Made by a program: the position numbers and the translations under genes. From Guillardia theta CCMP2712 (lineage: Eukaryota; Protista; Cryptophyta): a stretch of DNA of 64,000 nt. The stretch lies in assembly GCF_000315625.1 (NCBI RefSeq), contig NW_005434550.1, forward strand, positions 1 through 64,000, written 5' to 3'. This document shows positions 9,521 through 22,700 of this stretch, one piece after another; within the stretch, counting starts at the first letter, position 1, and each line of letters begins with the position of its first letter. The notes beneath the pieces are model-generated. The model ran no database searches. It had not been told where the DNA came from and saw only the letters and a program-made list of their open reading frames with translations.

Positions 9521-9801
9521 CGCGCACCTTTCCATTGGGATTCTTCTTGAAACTTCGCTTCCTTTCCTTCATTTTCCAACAACCTCGTTCTTCGAGGAAG
9601 GAGAGGGTCTGTGGTCTTCTTGAGGGTTGAGGCTCTTGTTTCACGTGAGTGTATGCGTGTTATCGCCGCATTGTCTTGTGGAAAGCTGAACGATCGATAT
9701 CACCACAGAAACAAGGTATACAGTAGAAAACCTGTTTTGTTTGTTTTTGGCCTAAGAAAACAAAAAAAATAATCCAAGAAATGCTAATCTACTCTACAGC
9801 T

Positions 9802-12800
9802 CTACAGAACTGAACGATCCACCTCGTCAGTTGAGAAGTTTGAATCATTCGATGCAGTTATTTGAAGCATGCTGTAAGATTGTGTAGGGATGAAGAGATC
9901 GTGTCTCTGGTCCTTGCACGACCTCCACACTGGATAAGATTCCAAGATGTTGCGAATGACCTCCCCACGCCACGGATCTGTTTCAAACCGTTTGATCATC
10001 TCGATAGCATGTACTCGTGCTACAGCATAGTCCTGGATACCAGCTGGACCTTCTTCCAGAAGATCCAATAAGACCTTCAACGCACCTGTTCACAGTGAGA
10101 TGCCGAAAGCCTATCATGAGATGTACCAAGATCAATCAGATGTCGCGATATGCTCGTATCCTCGTGGACCAGGCAAGCGCGGAGAATGTCAAGCGCAGGT
10201 ATCAATCGCGAGTCTTTGCGATCACGAACAAAGTCAAAGATTGCTTTGATCCCCTGTGACGATATCATCGCTTCAACGCACTCAGAGCTATCAGCTGCGA
10301 TCCTCAACACCTGCAACCAATGACCTCAGCCATGCCAACCTCAGCGATTCCTTCCATACCTGGAGCAGAATCTGCTCAGACCTGGCACCCTGGACGGTGA
10401 ATGTTTCGATGCATCTATGAATCCTCTGTATGGATCCAGATTTTGAAAGATGCGAAGTGAGAGAACTTCTTATGCGTACAAAGGTAAACAGAGCTTCTGC
10501 AATTCTGTCTAACACCTGCCTGTCGCTGCGGCGAAACTTTGTAAACATGCCTTTTTCATCGAAGAATTCAATCTCCTGAACATCTTGTTCAATCATAATC
10601 AAAATTGCATTAACAAGGGCATCAAGAAATCCCGTTGGATTTGGTAGTTTTGCCATCGGATCCTTGACGAAAACATCGATAAAAATGTCTCCCACGATAA
10701 TCAATCCCTCATACTCTGAAAACTCCATCTTCCATTGTTCGCCTTGCTCCAGGACATGATCTGCTTTGATCAAATCAGAGTGTACCCTGCGCACACTTTC
10801 TGTTAATTCGTCCATGCAGGTCTTGTTCCATATGAATTCGGCTGATCGACTAGTCGAATGCAGAAGCATGATACAATCAGCAGGAGATGATAACAAACTG
10901 CGTGCTAAAGCAGGAGGGAACCATCTTGACACATCTTTGCAAATCTTCTGCCCATGAAGCGATTCCCTCATAGCACAACAAAGCGTGTCGAGACCTTGCG
11001 ACAAAGCATGCTGGTCACCCAGAAGGCTGAATGCCAGCAAATCTATCACACCGCCACGCACGCGAAATTCTTCAAGAAAATCTCCATCACTGAGTAACTC
11101 CTGCACGCCACTGATGATAGATTTCAAGAATCCATCACAAGTCCTCGCAACTTTCATGAAGAAATCCATCAGACCTGGGCTTTGCAAGGAACGAGCAAAA
11201 TGCAACTTGTAAATTCTCGAAATGTCAACAACGATCCTTGAAATACTGTTGCAGGCCTTACAGGACACAGAAGCAACGAAAAGGAGAAGAGGAAGCCACC
11301 GCAAGCATTGCGCTGCGCAGGGAGGAAAGAGATTTTGATTTTCGGGAGCATTACAATGCAATTGATGCTCATGAACAACAATGGCTCGAACGGCTTCCAA
11401 ACCAAGGACAAGATCTTCGTCAAAATGTTGCTGACTGTAAGGATACTGAACGCTGACTCTTCCGTAGAAGTCATTCTCCGAGACAGAACCAGCGAGATCT
11501 TTCCATGAGTCAGCAAGCATTAGCGACACATGCTCTCCCGCATGCTGCAGTAGCTTTTCAACATCATCGTTCCTCTGCAGGTGCTTATGTATGAATCGGA
11601 GGATGCAATGACACAACTTGTGTCTGTTTGCGACGTCATCGCAAGCGCCTTGTGCCAGAAGACGTAGATATGTACCAGAGATGTATAGCTCGTTGAGAAG
11701 ATTTTCATATATCAAGTCTTGACCGCAGGAGTGCAAATATTCTCCTCGCTTACTTGTGATATAGGATTGCAGTCGTGTTCGCATTTGCATATTCCATAGA
11801 CAGGAAGGAGACTCAGATCTTGTTGAGATGATAACAAGAATGTCTATGGCTTTTTGTGCTGCGTATTGCAAGGATTGATTGTGATGAAAACCCATTTTAC
11901 TTGCCTCCATTTCAATCTCATCACAAAGAAAGATCACACGAGATCCAAGAGAGGGTGTCAAACATGAGTTGAGATCTTGACGCAGCGATAAACTTGACGG
12001 GCTTAAGGAGCCATCTTCTTCCAGAATGTTTGACCACTTGGACAGCATCCACAATGTCAAAACTCCGTGCCAGTTCTGAATTGAAGCAATGTGTTCATCG
12101 AGTAGGAAAGGGGGCATCTTTGTATATTGAGATGTTTCTAAGTTCTGCTCAAGATATTCCTTAGCAAGTCCCGCTCCAACTTCAAATGTGAATAGAATTG
12201 CAAGAAAGCTCCAAAAACTCCCGCGAGCCAACAATTCTTTGACGATGTCCTTGAACTTGGAAGCATTGAGACAGAAGTATAGAGAAGCAGTTATGAGGGC
12301 AGGAGATTGATCGAGTTCTAGAGAGTGATGGATATAAAGAAAAAGTGAATCCCGAGCTTGAGAGTTGAGATCTGAATGAAAGAGTCGACTCTCTACCTCC
12401 TCGTTGTCAACTATTGCGCTCAAAGCTTGGCAGATGAATGCGGATGCCCGGAGTCTCAGGTCTCCTCTCTTAGTGGAGCGTTGCAAATCTGATAACCATC
12501 TTACCAAGCCCTCCTTAAGCAGCGGGTAACCGCCGGATAATACATATTCCTGAGCGTTCCCGCGGTCGACTGATATTGACAGCGCGATGAGTTCAAAAGC
12601 AGCACACAGGAGCTCAAAATTATCGCGCAATCTCTCCCTCTCTATCAGCTGACAAAGCGATTGATAACATGGATAGCGATAGACCGATAACGACGTCCCG
12701 CATCTCCGATAGAGAATCGATTGTGCTCGGAGAAGCAGGTGAATCTCCTTTGACCGAAGTGAAGAACCACCATGAGAATTGCTCTCTAAGTAAGCCTTGG

Positions 12801-15800
12801 ACAAATACTCGTAAGCTGATTGAATTTCTTCAAACTCAGCCCTTCCATTTGGATTCTTATCTGGATGTAGTTGCACCGCAAGCTTCTTGTAAACTGCGCG
12901 GATCTGTTGCATGTCATCCGTCTTCTGGAGGCCAAGCTTCTTGAAAGCAAGTTCAGACGTCATGGTTGAAGATGTCGAGCCTTGCGCATTCTGCTCTGTC
13001 CATCTTTCAATGATAGATCGTAAAACTTCGAACGGCTCGTAGATTGGCCAGTCAGGAAAAAGATCTATATTGCAAAGGTTCTGCAAGTAGAAGTTGTGAC
13101 ACCAGACCTCCTCTTGCAGCTCGGCATATTGAATTGGACTGAGCAGAGGGGTGTAGTCATACTCGGTAAGGACATTCTCTCTCAGGAGACAGGTGAAGTC
13201 AGAGATATGTCGTGAAATCTCATCAATCAGGTGCCTCCGCATGTTGTTGTGCCATATGGCCTCGGGATTGTTTGTGTCACCAAGAAACCTGACATGTAGA
13301 GTCATTCACAAGAAAAAACTTCAAACAGACCTTACATCTCCGAAAATTTATCTGGAGGATGCCGTTGAAGGAAGCAAATGAGAGACTCAGGAAGGAGATC
13401 GTGTAGAATGCTTCTGCTCGCAGAAAAGGAATTATCCATGGGCGAGTCCCTGCGATAAAAGTCTTGATCCATGTGAGTCTTTTTCAGGACTGATGATATC
13501 CCATATACATTTGAACGTTGATAGGCAAGGAGAAAATAAAACAGTCCTGTTTTGTAAAGCTTTCGTAGAGAGATTGTATCACCTGAATTAAGCATTTCCA
13601 GAAGTAGATTGATGGTTTCATCCACAACTTTCTCATGCCCACACAAGGTGAGCTGAACGATATGAGAAAGACAAGATTTTGACCAGAGAATTCGCTTGAT
13701 TCTTGGAATAGGAAGAAACGGAAGTCCGTTCTCATTGAACGACGGAAACGTTTTACACAGTTTGTAGATCAATCTCAATACCGTAACACTGACATCGACG
13801 TTGTTCATCCCTTTCCCTCGCAGCCCAACGGTGAGATAGAGCTGCGGGATCTCAGAGAGAGGTTTCCACTGATCCTGCCCCTGAAAGCATGAAGATGTAA
13901 GGTCAAGAACAAACGTGAATTATATTAAAGCACACCTTGAGGCGAAAGAAGGAACCAGGCTTGATCTTCTGTGCTCGTAAAAGTTCTTGAATCTCCGAAA
14001 GAAGACAAGCTCGACCTTCTTCCAGCTCGGAACAATACCAGAACCTGTATTCTTGTTGCTTGTATGATGTCTCTTTTCCGGCCTCAATCATCTTATCTGT
14101 CTTGATGACTTGATTCCCAGAGTGACGCTCCACCTGAACACATGCAGCAAGTTTAATCATCGCTGAAACTCCATCGCATGCAATGAATTCATCACAATTT
14201 GTCCGGAACGAAAACAACTCATCGAAACAGGTCAAGATGGCATCTCTCACTCCTCTGCTACATGTTTGCATGAGCATATGCACCAAATGCTGTACTCCGT
14301 AAAACGCTCGATCGCTCCACAATGTAGATAATTGTTCGCTCTTATGTCGGCAAAGCATCGTCATCACCCCAAGACAAATCTTTCTCTCCTCGTCCTCGCT
14401 AGTTTCCAGCATCTTTCGATATAAACTTTGGAAAAAGGTTGCGGGGTCGTCAACTTGATCCATCACTTTCTTTTCATCTCCGTTCTCAGCCACCTTCAAA
14501 ATTTTGCTTCTTCAGAATAAAAAAAGAAACGATCGATCCTCTACCTTCAAGGCTTCTTTAAGAAAAAATCCCTCGACGCATATCAGCTCATCAAGACAAG
14601 GGTACTCAACAAAGAATTCTCTATAATTCCAGCAGAGAGCACTTCTACCATCTCGCTTACCAGCCAGACCATTCCATTGTGACAGATGTTCCAATTGAGC
14701 TTCAATGCAATCTCTCAGTTGCTTTCGAGATTTGTCATTCCAGCAGTATAAAATGCCATTCTTGTCTTGACGTAGCCTAAGTGCGATTGTAAGACATATC
14801 AAAGAAAATAGCGAAGCATGAGTACATTGCAATAAAATCTTGCCATTCTTCTCTCTTCCTCTGGCGCAACACGTAGAGTGTTTCCCTCGATTCACCTTGT
14901 GATAATTGATAACATGCCGGATGAGATATCTGAACCGAATCGCTCAAATCATGAGGATGAGAACCTGCTTTAGAAATCTGGTCGCCAGGACCTGCCTGCT
15001 TAAATTTTGTTTCCTCTTGTTTCACGAGAGTTCTCCCTCGGACTTGTACCTCCGCATCTTCCATCTGCGGAGCGAGAGAAACCATTCCACGAGGTAGAAT
15101 ACGACGAATCAATGCAACAGTTTCTTTGTTCCCTTCAATCCAAACTGCCACCATCCTGATGGAGAAACAGGTCAAATACATAGTAAACTCTACAGCACTC
15201 ACTTTGCAGAGACGATTCTTTGTTCCTGATCAGGATGAAATAGAGCAGTATGAAATTGACGGAGCAAGGCTCCTTCTCCGTCTTCCAATGCAGATTGCGA
15301 CATTGAAGTGACAAAAGAATCGTCGGATGAGCAGACAATCTGCTCAAATAATGACCAGGTGATTGAAGAGATAGGACGAGACTTGTGACTCAGAAGGCTA
15401 ATCATCATGCTGTTGTCTGCAAGAAGCTCTTTTAGAATCTGAATGATTTCCTCTGAGGTCGTGAGGTTGCCGGGGTTGCAAAGTAGGCAATGAAACAACT
15501 TGAGCGTTTCCATTAGTATGCAAGCAGAACCACTTTTCGCATCCAAACTGTGAAGGTAAGCTATGCTTTTTAGGTGGTAGCATAGATTCTTCGAAACCAT
15601 CACAGATTTCAGGCTCCGCTGTAAATCAGACCTGTTCTTGAAGTCTTGAGCTTCAGTTTGCGGTGGAGAACAAATTATTATCAAAGTTGTAAGAGTACAA
15701 ATCTGTATTTCCTTGTGGTTCGAACTTAAGCTCATCATCAAGAACTTGACAAAGCCAGAAAAAGTGTCGAGGAAATCAGAGAAAATCTTCAAGAAAGCAA

Positions 15801-17411
15801 CAAACCCCATCTTGTTCTGCAAGAGAAAGCAGAGGGCATTCAACAGCACAACAAGATCCGTGTTGTCTCCTGTGTACAAAGAGCTGATCCCCCCCAACTG
15901 CTTTACAACACAGCTCACTGCCATCTCAAAGTCTTTGGAATCAAGAGTACCATTGACAGCAATATCTGAATTGTTCGAACAAAAATCCATCGCTGCTTGA
16001 ACGACATACGGGTTTAACAAGTCGTGGTCATCTCCTCCAATAAGCAGTCCGCTGTCAACCAACGAAGCAAGACGTTTCAGCACGACAGACTCAGCAAAGA
16101 TGACGAATTCAGGAGATGCACTGTAAGGAACCATGCGAGAGTGCGCCATCACTTCTGACGGCATTACGCGTGTCCCACTGGAATGAAATCTTGCGTCATA
16201 GAGAATTGATTCTAAAGCTACCAGCAAAACATCGCGATTCGCAGTTTCATAGATATGAGCTGAACCATCATCAAAAACCAGACAAAATCGTTGAAGCTCA
16301 TGTAAACTTCTCTGCACACTGACAAGAGACGACAGCGCCCTGCACACGTTCACTCTCATGGTATCAGCCTGACATTCAAGGATTTCTTTGCCAGTCAGCA
16401 GCAAGACAAGAGGCTCAGGAGAAGCCTTTCTCCACGCCCTGCACAGACCATCAGACTCTTAGAAAAGCAACAAGTGAAATCACGTTTGACCCACTGCCGC
16501 CTTAGGTGATGGAAGCTTCTGCACTGGGCAGCTGTCGAGGGCACACAACCTGGTTCGATCAAGACTTATGGCCTCTTGTTCGAGCTCCGTGAACGAAACT
16601 GAGCATCCAAGATCAAGATTACTGCCTATCTTCAAACAATTTCCTTTAATCGTGTTGATGACTGAATCTCTCTCATCACATGTGAAGATATGCCATTGGA
16701 ACCTGCGTCATAGTCAAGTCGACATCTTCAAGAATGAAACCTGACATGTATTTGAGTGCGAATCCCCCAGGTGTATCGCCCAATCTTCTGAGTTTTTGAA
16801 TTGCAAACAAGGCTATGTCTTCCAGCACTTCTCCGTCGCCTTTCGAGATTGAGAAAGAATAAGGTCTGATAAGCAGCTGCACTTGAAGCCTCGGTTGACC
16901 GTCCCAAACTTTCCCATAAAGAGCCATGTGGACGCTTGGGTCATGCGACTCCCCCAACACAGCATCACGCATAAAAAGAGCCTCGCTTAGTAATTTGCTC
17001 CTATTCGTGCATGAGATGACCCATCGTGACTCTATGTCTCCAGTCATGCCAATCACGCGTTTCATCGCCGAAGCTTTCGACTTTACCTGCTTGCCTACAT
17101 CACGAAGAGAGCTAGTTCGTATCACCAGCATGCAGCAATCACACGGAGAGATGAGAATAATGCGAGTGTAGGACACATGTAGGGGAAGCATCAAGTGATT
17201 CTGCTGCTTTAAAACTCACCGTAATGATGATGTCGTCAGGATCTGTAGCAGATGGAGCAAGACACAGACTATCCTCGAGGAAGGACCAGCTCCAGCTTTC
17301 CTTCATAGTAAGAGGTTCAACGAGCGAGACTCCTTGGCCTTGGAGGTGCAAGAGCAGCAGCTTCTTGCGGTATAGCGAGCCCTTCACCGCTACCACCTGA
17401 TGACTCGCCAT
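9802..17411 (-). CDS. RME8: RME-8/DNAJC13 (GRV2) endosomal J-domain protein, multi-exon
   Basis: J domain HPDKNPNGRAEFEEIQSAYEYL, IWN-like repeats, EVWCHNFYLQNLC..WPI, LYKTGLFYFLLAY and C-terminal DQRHDLFI. Confidence 0.92.
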
Positions 17412-17988
17412 AGCGCAATCGGCTACTAGCTGTTTGACTAGGCGTCGCACAACAAACGTAAAATACATTTATTGCAAGGAGGGTGGGGGCAGGGGTGGGG
17501 GTAGAGGGGTGGGAAAGGAGGGGTATGCAAGGATAACAAGAATAGCAGACAAGGACAAGAGCTAGCCGGTCTGCTAGCCGGTGCTACGAGCACAAGAAAG
17601 ACGAGCAGCTGCTCGCATGACGTGACATAGAGCAGAGGCGTGAGACCCGGGGAAACAAGACTGAGAGAAGCAAGGATGAGGGTTCTAAGGGACAGAGCAT
17701 TCGCGTGACACCTCCAGCCTTGACGGCAGTGTAAAATGCTGGCCAATGAACTGATTTGTTACGATATCGACGCTAAGTGAGCGAAGAAATACGAAAGAAA
17801 TGACTGGTTTCTGCCGAAAAGGAGGAGAATTCACCGTTCTCTCATCGTGCATCATTGGAATGTTCACACTAGAAATATTGTGCTTCATTGCAATTTTCTT
17901 CATTTCAGCTTCACTCAAGCGGTTTGAATGTAAGTCATGACTTGCTGATTGTTGGCATTCTTTCAGTTGGTTGTGACTATCTTTTTTC

Positions 17989-19746
17989 TTGATAGATGAG
18001 AATCTATGGATCTATACCCTCCCTTGGATATCCGATACCATCGAGCTCAATCCTGAAAGTGGTATAGCAAACTGCATCCTTGGGCCGTGCTCTTCTATGT
18101 TTGTACTTGTGATCTACGTATGGCATCGAAGATGTAAGGCAGCAATGAAGTTAAGCACAGCATTCACGCAGCATGTACTTCGATTCAGCTGGCTTGCTGT
18201 CCTCTTTTCGATTCTGCAGTGCATTTCTTTGCACGGGGTAATTGGTTTCAAGATCTTTTCCAGTGCTTCAGCAGTTCACCTTTCCATGGCTTTCATTTTC
18301 ATCTTTTGCTCCATCGCTGTCATGATTGTTGTGACGTTCATTGAATGGAGGGGAGGTTTATGCGGCATCAAGCTATTCCTTGTGCGATTTCTTCTGTGCT
18401 TTTTGTCGACAATAGCCTTGCTAATGTCCATTGTTGCATTCTTTACAATCTCGTGCTCTGCCTCAAGAATTAGCAATATCCAGTACAATGGTTGTACAAA
18501 AGTACAATTAAGCACATATTGTTTGAATCATTTGTTAGATGATTCAAGGATGTGTTGGATGGCACCGCTTCTGGAGTATGTGCTCGTGTTGAGCTTGATC
18601 TGCTTTGGATTCACTCTGAGTGTGTCGTTCGCTAACACACGAGTCAAGGTCATTGTTCGTGATGACAGCTTCCGAATCAAAAACTACTTCTGCATGGACG
18701 TCGAGAGAAACGCTGAAAGCGCAACTTTGCATGGAAATCAGTTTGATTCTCCATCATCCAAAGATCGTGATAACGCAGCGGAGCTCCTCAACACCAAATC
18801 CGACTTTTGGCAGTCAAAAACTTTTCAGCGGCTTAAACATCTACGTAAAGAGAACTTAATCTCGGGGCAAGTGGAGTGGCTGTTGGAGGCTCTCTTTATT
18901 TCAATGGAGGTATGCACAATCTACTCCTGTCCAAGCTTGACTTGCTTGCATAGACGGATGCAGAAAGCCCTGATGATTTTCTTTTGTCTCGCCGGATCAA
19001 TAAGCTTTTCGCCAGGTTCTATTTTACGAGCTTGCTGTGTCTAGGTAACCTTTTCTACAGACAGCGGAGGATAGAGGCGGCGCAAAGGCGACTGAAGCAG
19101 ACGTCGAAAAATGGAGGAGAACATGCGGGGGTTCAACCAGATTCGTCAACAGAAAGTGAAGACGAAAGCGATCAGGACAACAAGGGGAACATTGAGGTTT
19201 CCGGTGCCAGCTTACAGCCTGTTGACAAAGTTGGAGCACAAGCGTCTGTCATCAGAGACAGGATGTCGCAGGCAGATCGATGGAGAGAGGAGTCCATCCC
19301 GGATATTCAAGATCTGTCTGAATTTGACCCAATTTCTCCTGTGCGTTGCACCATCCACTTAAACCCCCCCTTAACCATCTGCTTGTGTAGGCTGTGACCC
19401 TCGAACAGAGAAGAAGGCTCAAGGCGATGAAGAAGGCTCTGTCAGCTCGAAAGGTAACTGTCGGTTCTGGCTCATCCTCGTTGACATCTCTCGGTAGCCA
19501 CGAACTCCACATGAGGCATGGGAAGCTCATCTCCGGCAGCTTCAGGTCACGACTTCGCCGCCAAACCCTCACCCGCAACCTCCTGCAATTCCACCAATCC
19601 GTCCACTTGCTCAACCACCACAACCTAGAGAAACTAGTCGATCCAATGGGGTGAGTCCTGTAGTCCGACTCGTCAGGTTTTGACTTTTTATTTTGTTTCT
19701 GCAGCCACAACTTGCTACTAAGTTGAGGAAGCAAGACCTTTCTTGA
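17989..19746 (+). CDS. Multi-TM protein resembling the Frag1/DRAM/Sfk1 family with a long C-terminal tail (multi-exon, ends approximate)
   Basis: LPWISDT, about 5 hydrophobic helices, AVHLSMA, LEYVLV, followed by a Pro-rich exon. Confidence 0.55.
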
Positions 19747-19776
19747 GCTGGCCCATCATTTCAACGCTAGAGTAAT

Positions 19777-22700
19777 CTATGTGTATCCGAGACTTTGGAT
19801 GGCTTGTGCCCAACACAGCAATGCCTTAACGGCACTTTGACGGCGAGCATCCCTGTAGATCGCAACAGCATGAGCCTTGACAAGTTGTTCCTCCATTGGT
19901 GAACCTAGCACAGCAATCACCGAAAGGTTTAGACAGAGTCTTGAATACTCACAGCTTGCAGTCACACTGGGAAGGGTTTGACGAGGAGAGATAGTTTGAA
20001 TAATCCCTCCAGTGCATGTCGCAGTAGCCTTCTGACGACGAGCCGTTCTTTGCAGTTCTGCACCAGTTAAAGCCGGAAGCTTGACAGGCGCCGCATAAAC
20101 ACTCGCGTGAGCAAACCATTGTAGCCAATCGAACCGGTTGCGGAGACAAGGCCTACAAGAGACCGAAGAGTCAAACGGGTCAGCATGACAACCTCTTCTT
20201 ACCGGGATAGATTGCAAAACAAAATTGGAGTTGTCAGTCTGCGAACAGAAGGTCCTCTGAGATAAAGCAGCCTGGGTATCATAACACCAAAAATGATCAT
20301 TTCCAGTACAATCCGAGCAGCTCATGCAGTTGCGAGGACAAACTTTACTGTAATGACAAGAGTTATACCAAGCAGGTGGATTCAAACATCAATACCTGCA
20401 CTGATTGCAAAAAATGTTGCTTGTCACGGTCTTCGTCACAATCAACAGAGATCCAACGACGATCACGACCGCGAGAGCCAGCGAGACTGAAATTCGATTG
20501 AAATTTCTAAAATTCGAAGTCAATTTCATTTCTAACAAAATAATGCCTTACCGTGTCATCTTGTCTTTGCTCCGAAGCCCGCCTCCAATAAAAAGACCTC
20601 CAATCCACGGAAAGTAGAGAAGGAATCCAAAAACCAAAGCAAGCGAGGAAAGACGACGATTTCGTTCCTTCATTTGGAACTCGTCCCAGTCATCTTCGTC
20701 ACCTACAACTATTTGACTGAGGGCTGACGTGTCATTGTTGACGCCTTCAACATAATTTTCGTTTATCTTTGAAACCCATGCTGTTTCATCGTCTTCGAGC
20801 TCAAAGCTCACTGGCCGTGCTTCGGTCCTTCCTAGAATGTGTTGGATCACATTTCCAAGTCTCCCTTGAATGCTGCTGCTCTCAATGCCGTCAATCATCT
20901 CGTTCTCGTTCTCCAAGGCAACCATCACTCGCTTGTTCTTGTCTCGTGCTTGAGCAACTTGGTGCATCTCAGCGACATCTTCGGTGATTTCTAGAGCTAC
21001 ATCCTTTTTAACATCTTGCGAATCAATGTTATTGTCTTCATCAGAAACCGACCTGTTTTCATCCTTCTCCTTGCGCTCGCGTAGAAAAACTTCCAGTTCT
21101 GACAAAGCCCATCGCCCGACTGTTGTGTCCATTGATCCTGTAAGTGCAAATCGACCATTCGGGTGCAATGCAAGGGAGGTGATGCGGCGGTTATGACCGT
21201 CATGTTGAGCGATGACTCTACCTATCTCAACATCCCATACTTCAATTCTTGTTGAATTTGCAGAAAAGCTGATGGCAAAATCTTCATTTCTGACGAAGCG
21301 GAATGAACATAAATCAGCGTACTCTGATCGGATGATTTTCTTCGGTCGTCCTGACTTGAGATCCCACAGCCGGATGGATTTGTCATCCGAGCACGACGCG
21401 ATGGTTGAATTCAACACAGTCACATCCCGCACGGGCCGAGTGTGGCCATATAGCGTGTTTGCCGACTGTTCGTTCTCCCAAGACCATACCCTCACATCAT
21501 GATCGTGTGAACCGGAAACTATCTGAAAACAAAATGTCACTTGCAAAATTGAGGCTATAGAAACAAATTACCGTGTCAAAAGAAATTCCCAAACAAGATA
21601 TCGCAGCTCGATGACCTTGCTTCCTGTGGACGAGGTTTCCGGAAGCAATGTCCCACACAGAGATCGCTTGCTGCTCTCCAACTATCAGGGCATCTCTCTG
21701 TGAGAAAAAAGAGATGCATTCGACATCCGATGCACATCGAAATTCGTGCAGCAGCCTACCAGTCGGAGTATCCCATATTGACAGATTGTAGTCAACTCCA
21801 CATGAAGCACAAAAGTTACCATCTGGTGATATCTTGACCAGGGTCGGCCTTGAGCTTGCACCCTGCAACTCCATATACAATTCCATCGAAGCGCAATGCC
21901 AAACATGGACCAATCCATCGGATGAGACACTAATGGCCAAAGAGCCATCATCGCAGATGTCAACCGACAAAACCTCGCTCCGATGTCCCTCGTAATGATA
22001 CACAGAAAATCCTATCTGCTCCTTGAGATTGTTCAGGACCTGCAGATCCCAGACGCGAACGGTGAGGTCCCAAGAACAAGATACTGCAAACCTTGCATCG
22101 GGCGTCATCTCTAGATCAAATATTTTATCTTCATGCGCTCGAATTGTCCCAATCTCACAATTTCTATCCAAGTTCCATAGCTTTATGGTCTTATCAAAAC
22201 TACAGCTTGCAGCCAGTTTGCCATCATCACTTACACAAACCGATCTGATATCATCATTGTGACCCAACAGAGTTCCTTTGCAAAGTCCACTATCAAGGTC
22301 CCAAACCCTTACAGTCCGATCGTTTGAACAGGATAGCAAAGATTTGTTGCTGAATCTGATACTTCGGATGATTGAAGTGTGTCCTTTCAATCGCCGAATC
22401 AGAGTGAAGGTAGAAAGATTCCAGAGAAGAATCTTGCAATCTTTGGAACAAGAGGCCAGTATGGTGTTTGAGCGATTGATTGAAAGCCCCCGCACTATTC
22501 CATCGTGCTTCTTAACCTCACCATGTCGCGTGCCAGAAGCAACGTCCCACCACAAGATCTTCTTTCCTTGCCCCGTGTATAAAGATCGTCCATCCCCAGT
22601 CAATTTCACACAAAAAACTTCGTCTTCATGGTCCAAAACTCGCGAAAGTTTCCCGTCAAACGTCCAGATTCTTGCAGTTTTGTCTTTACTCCCTGATGCT

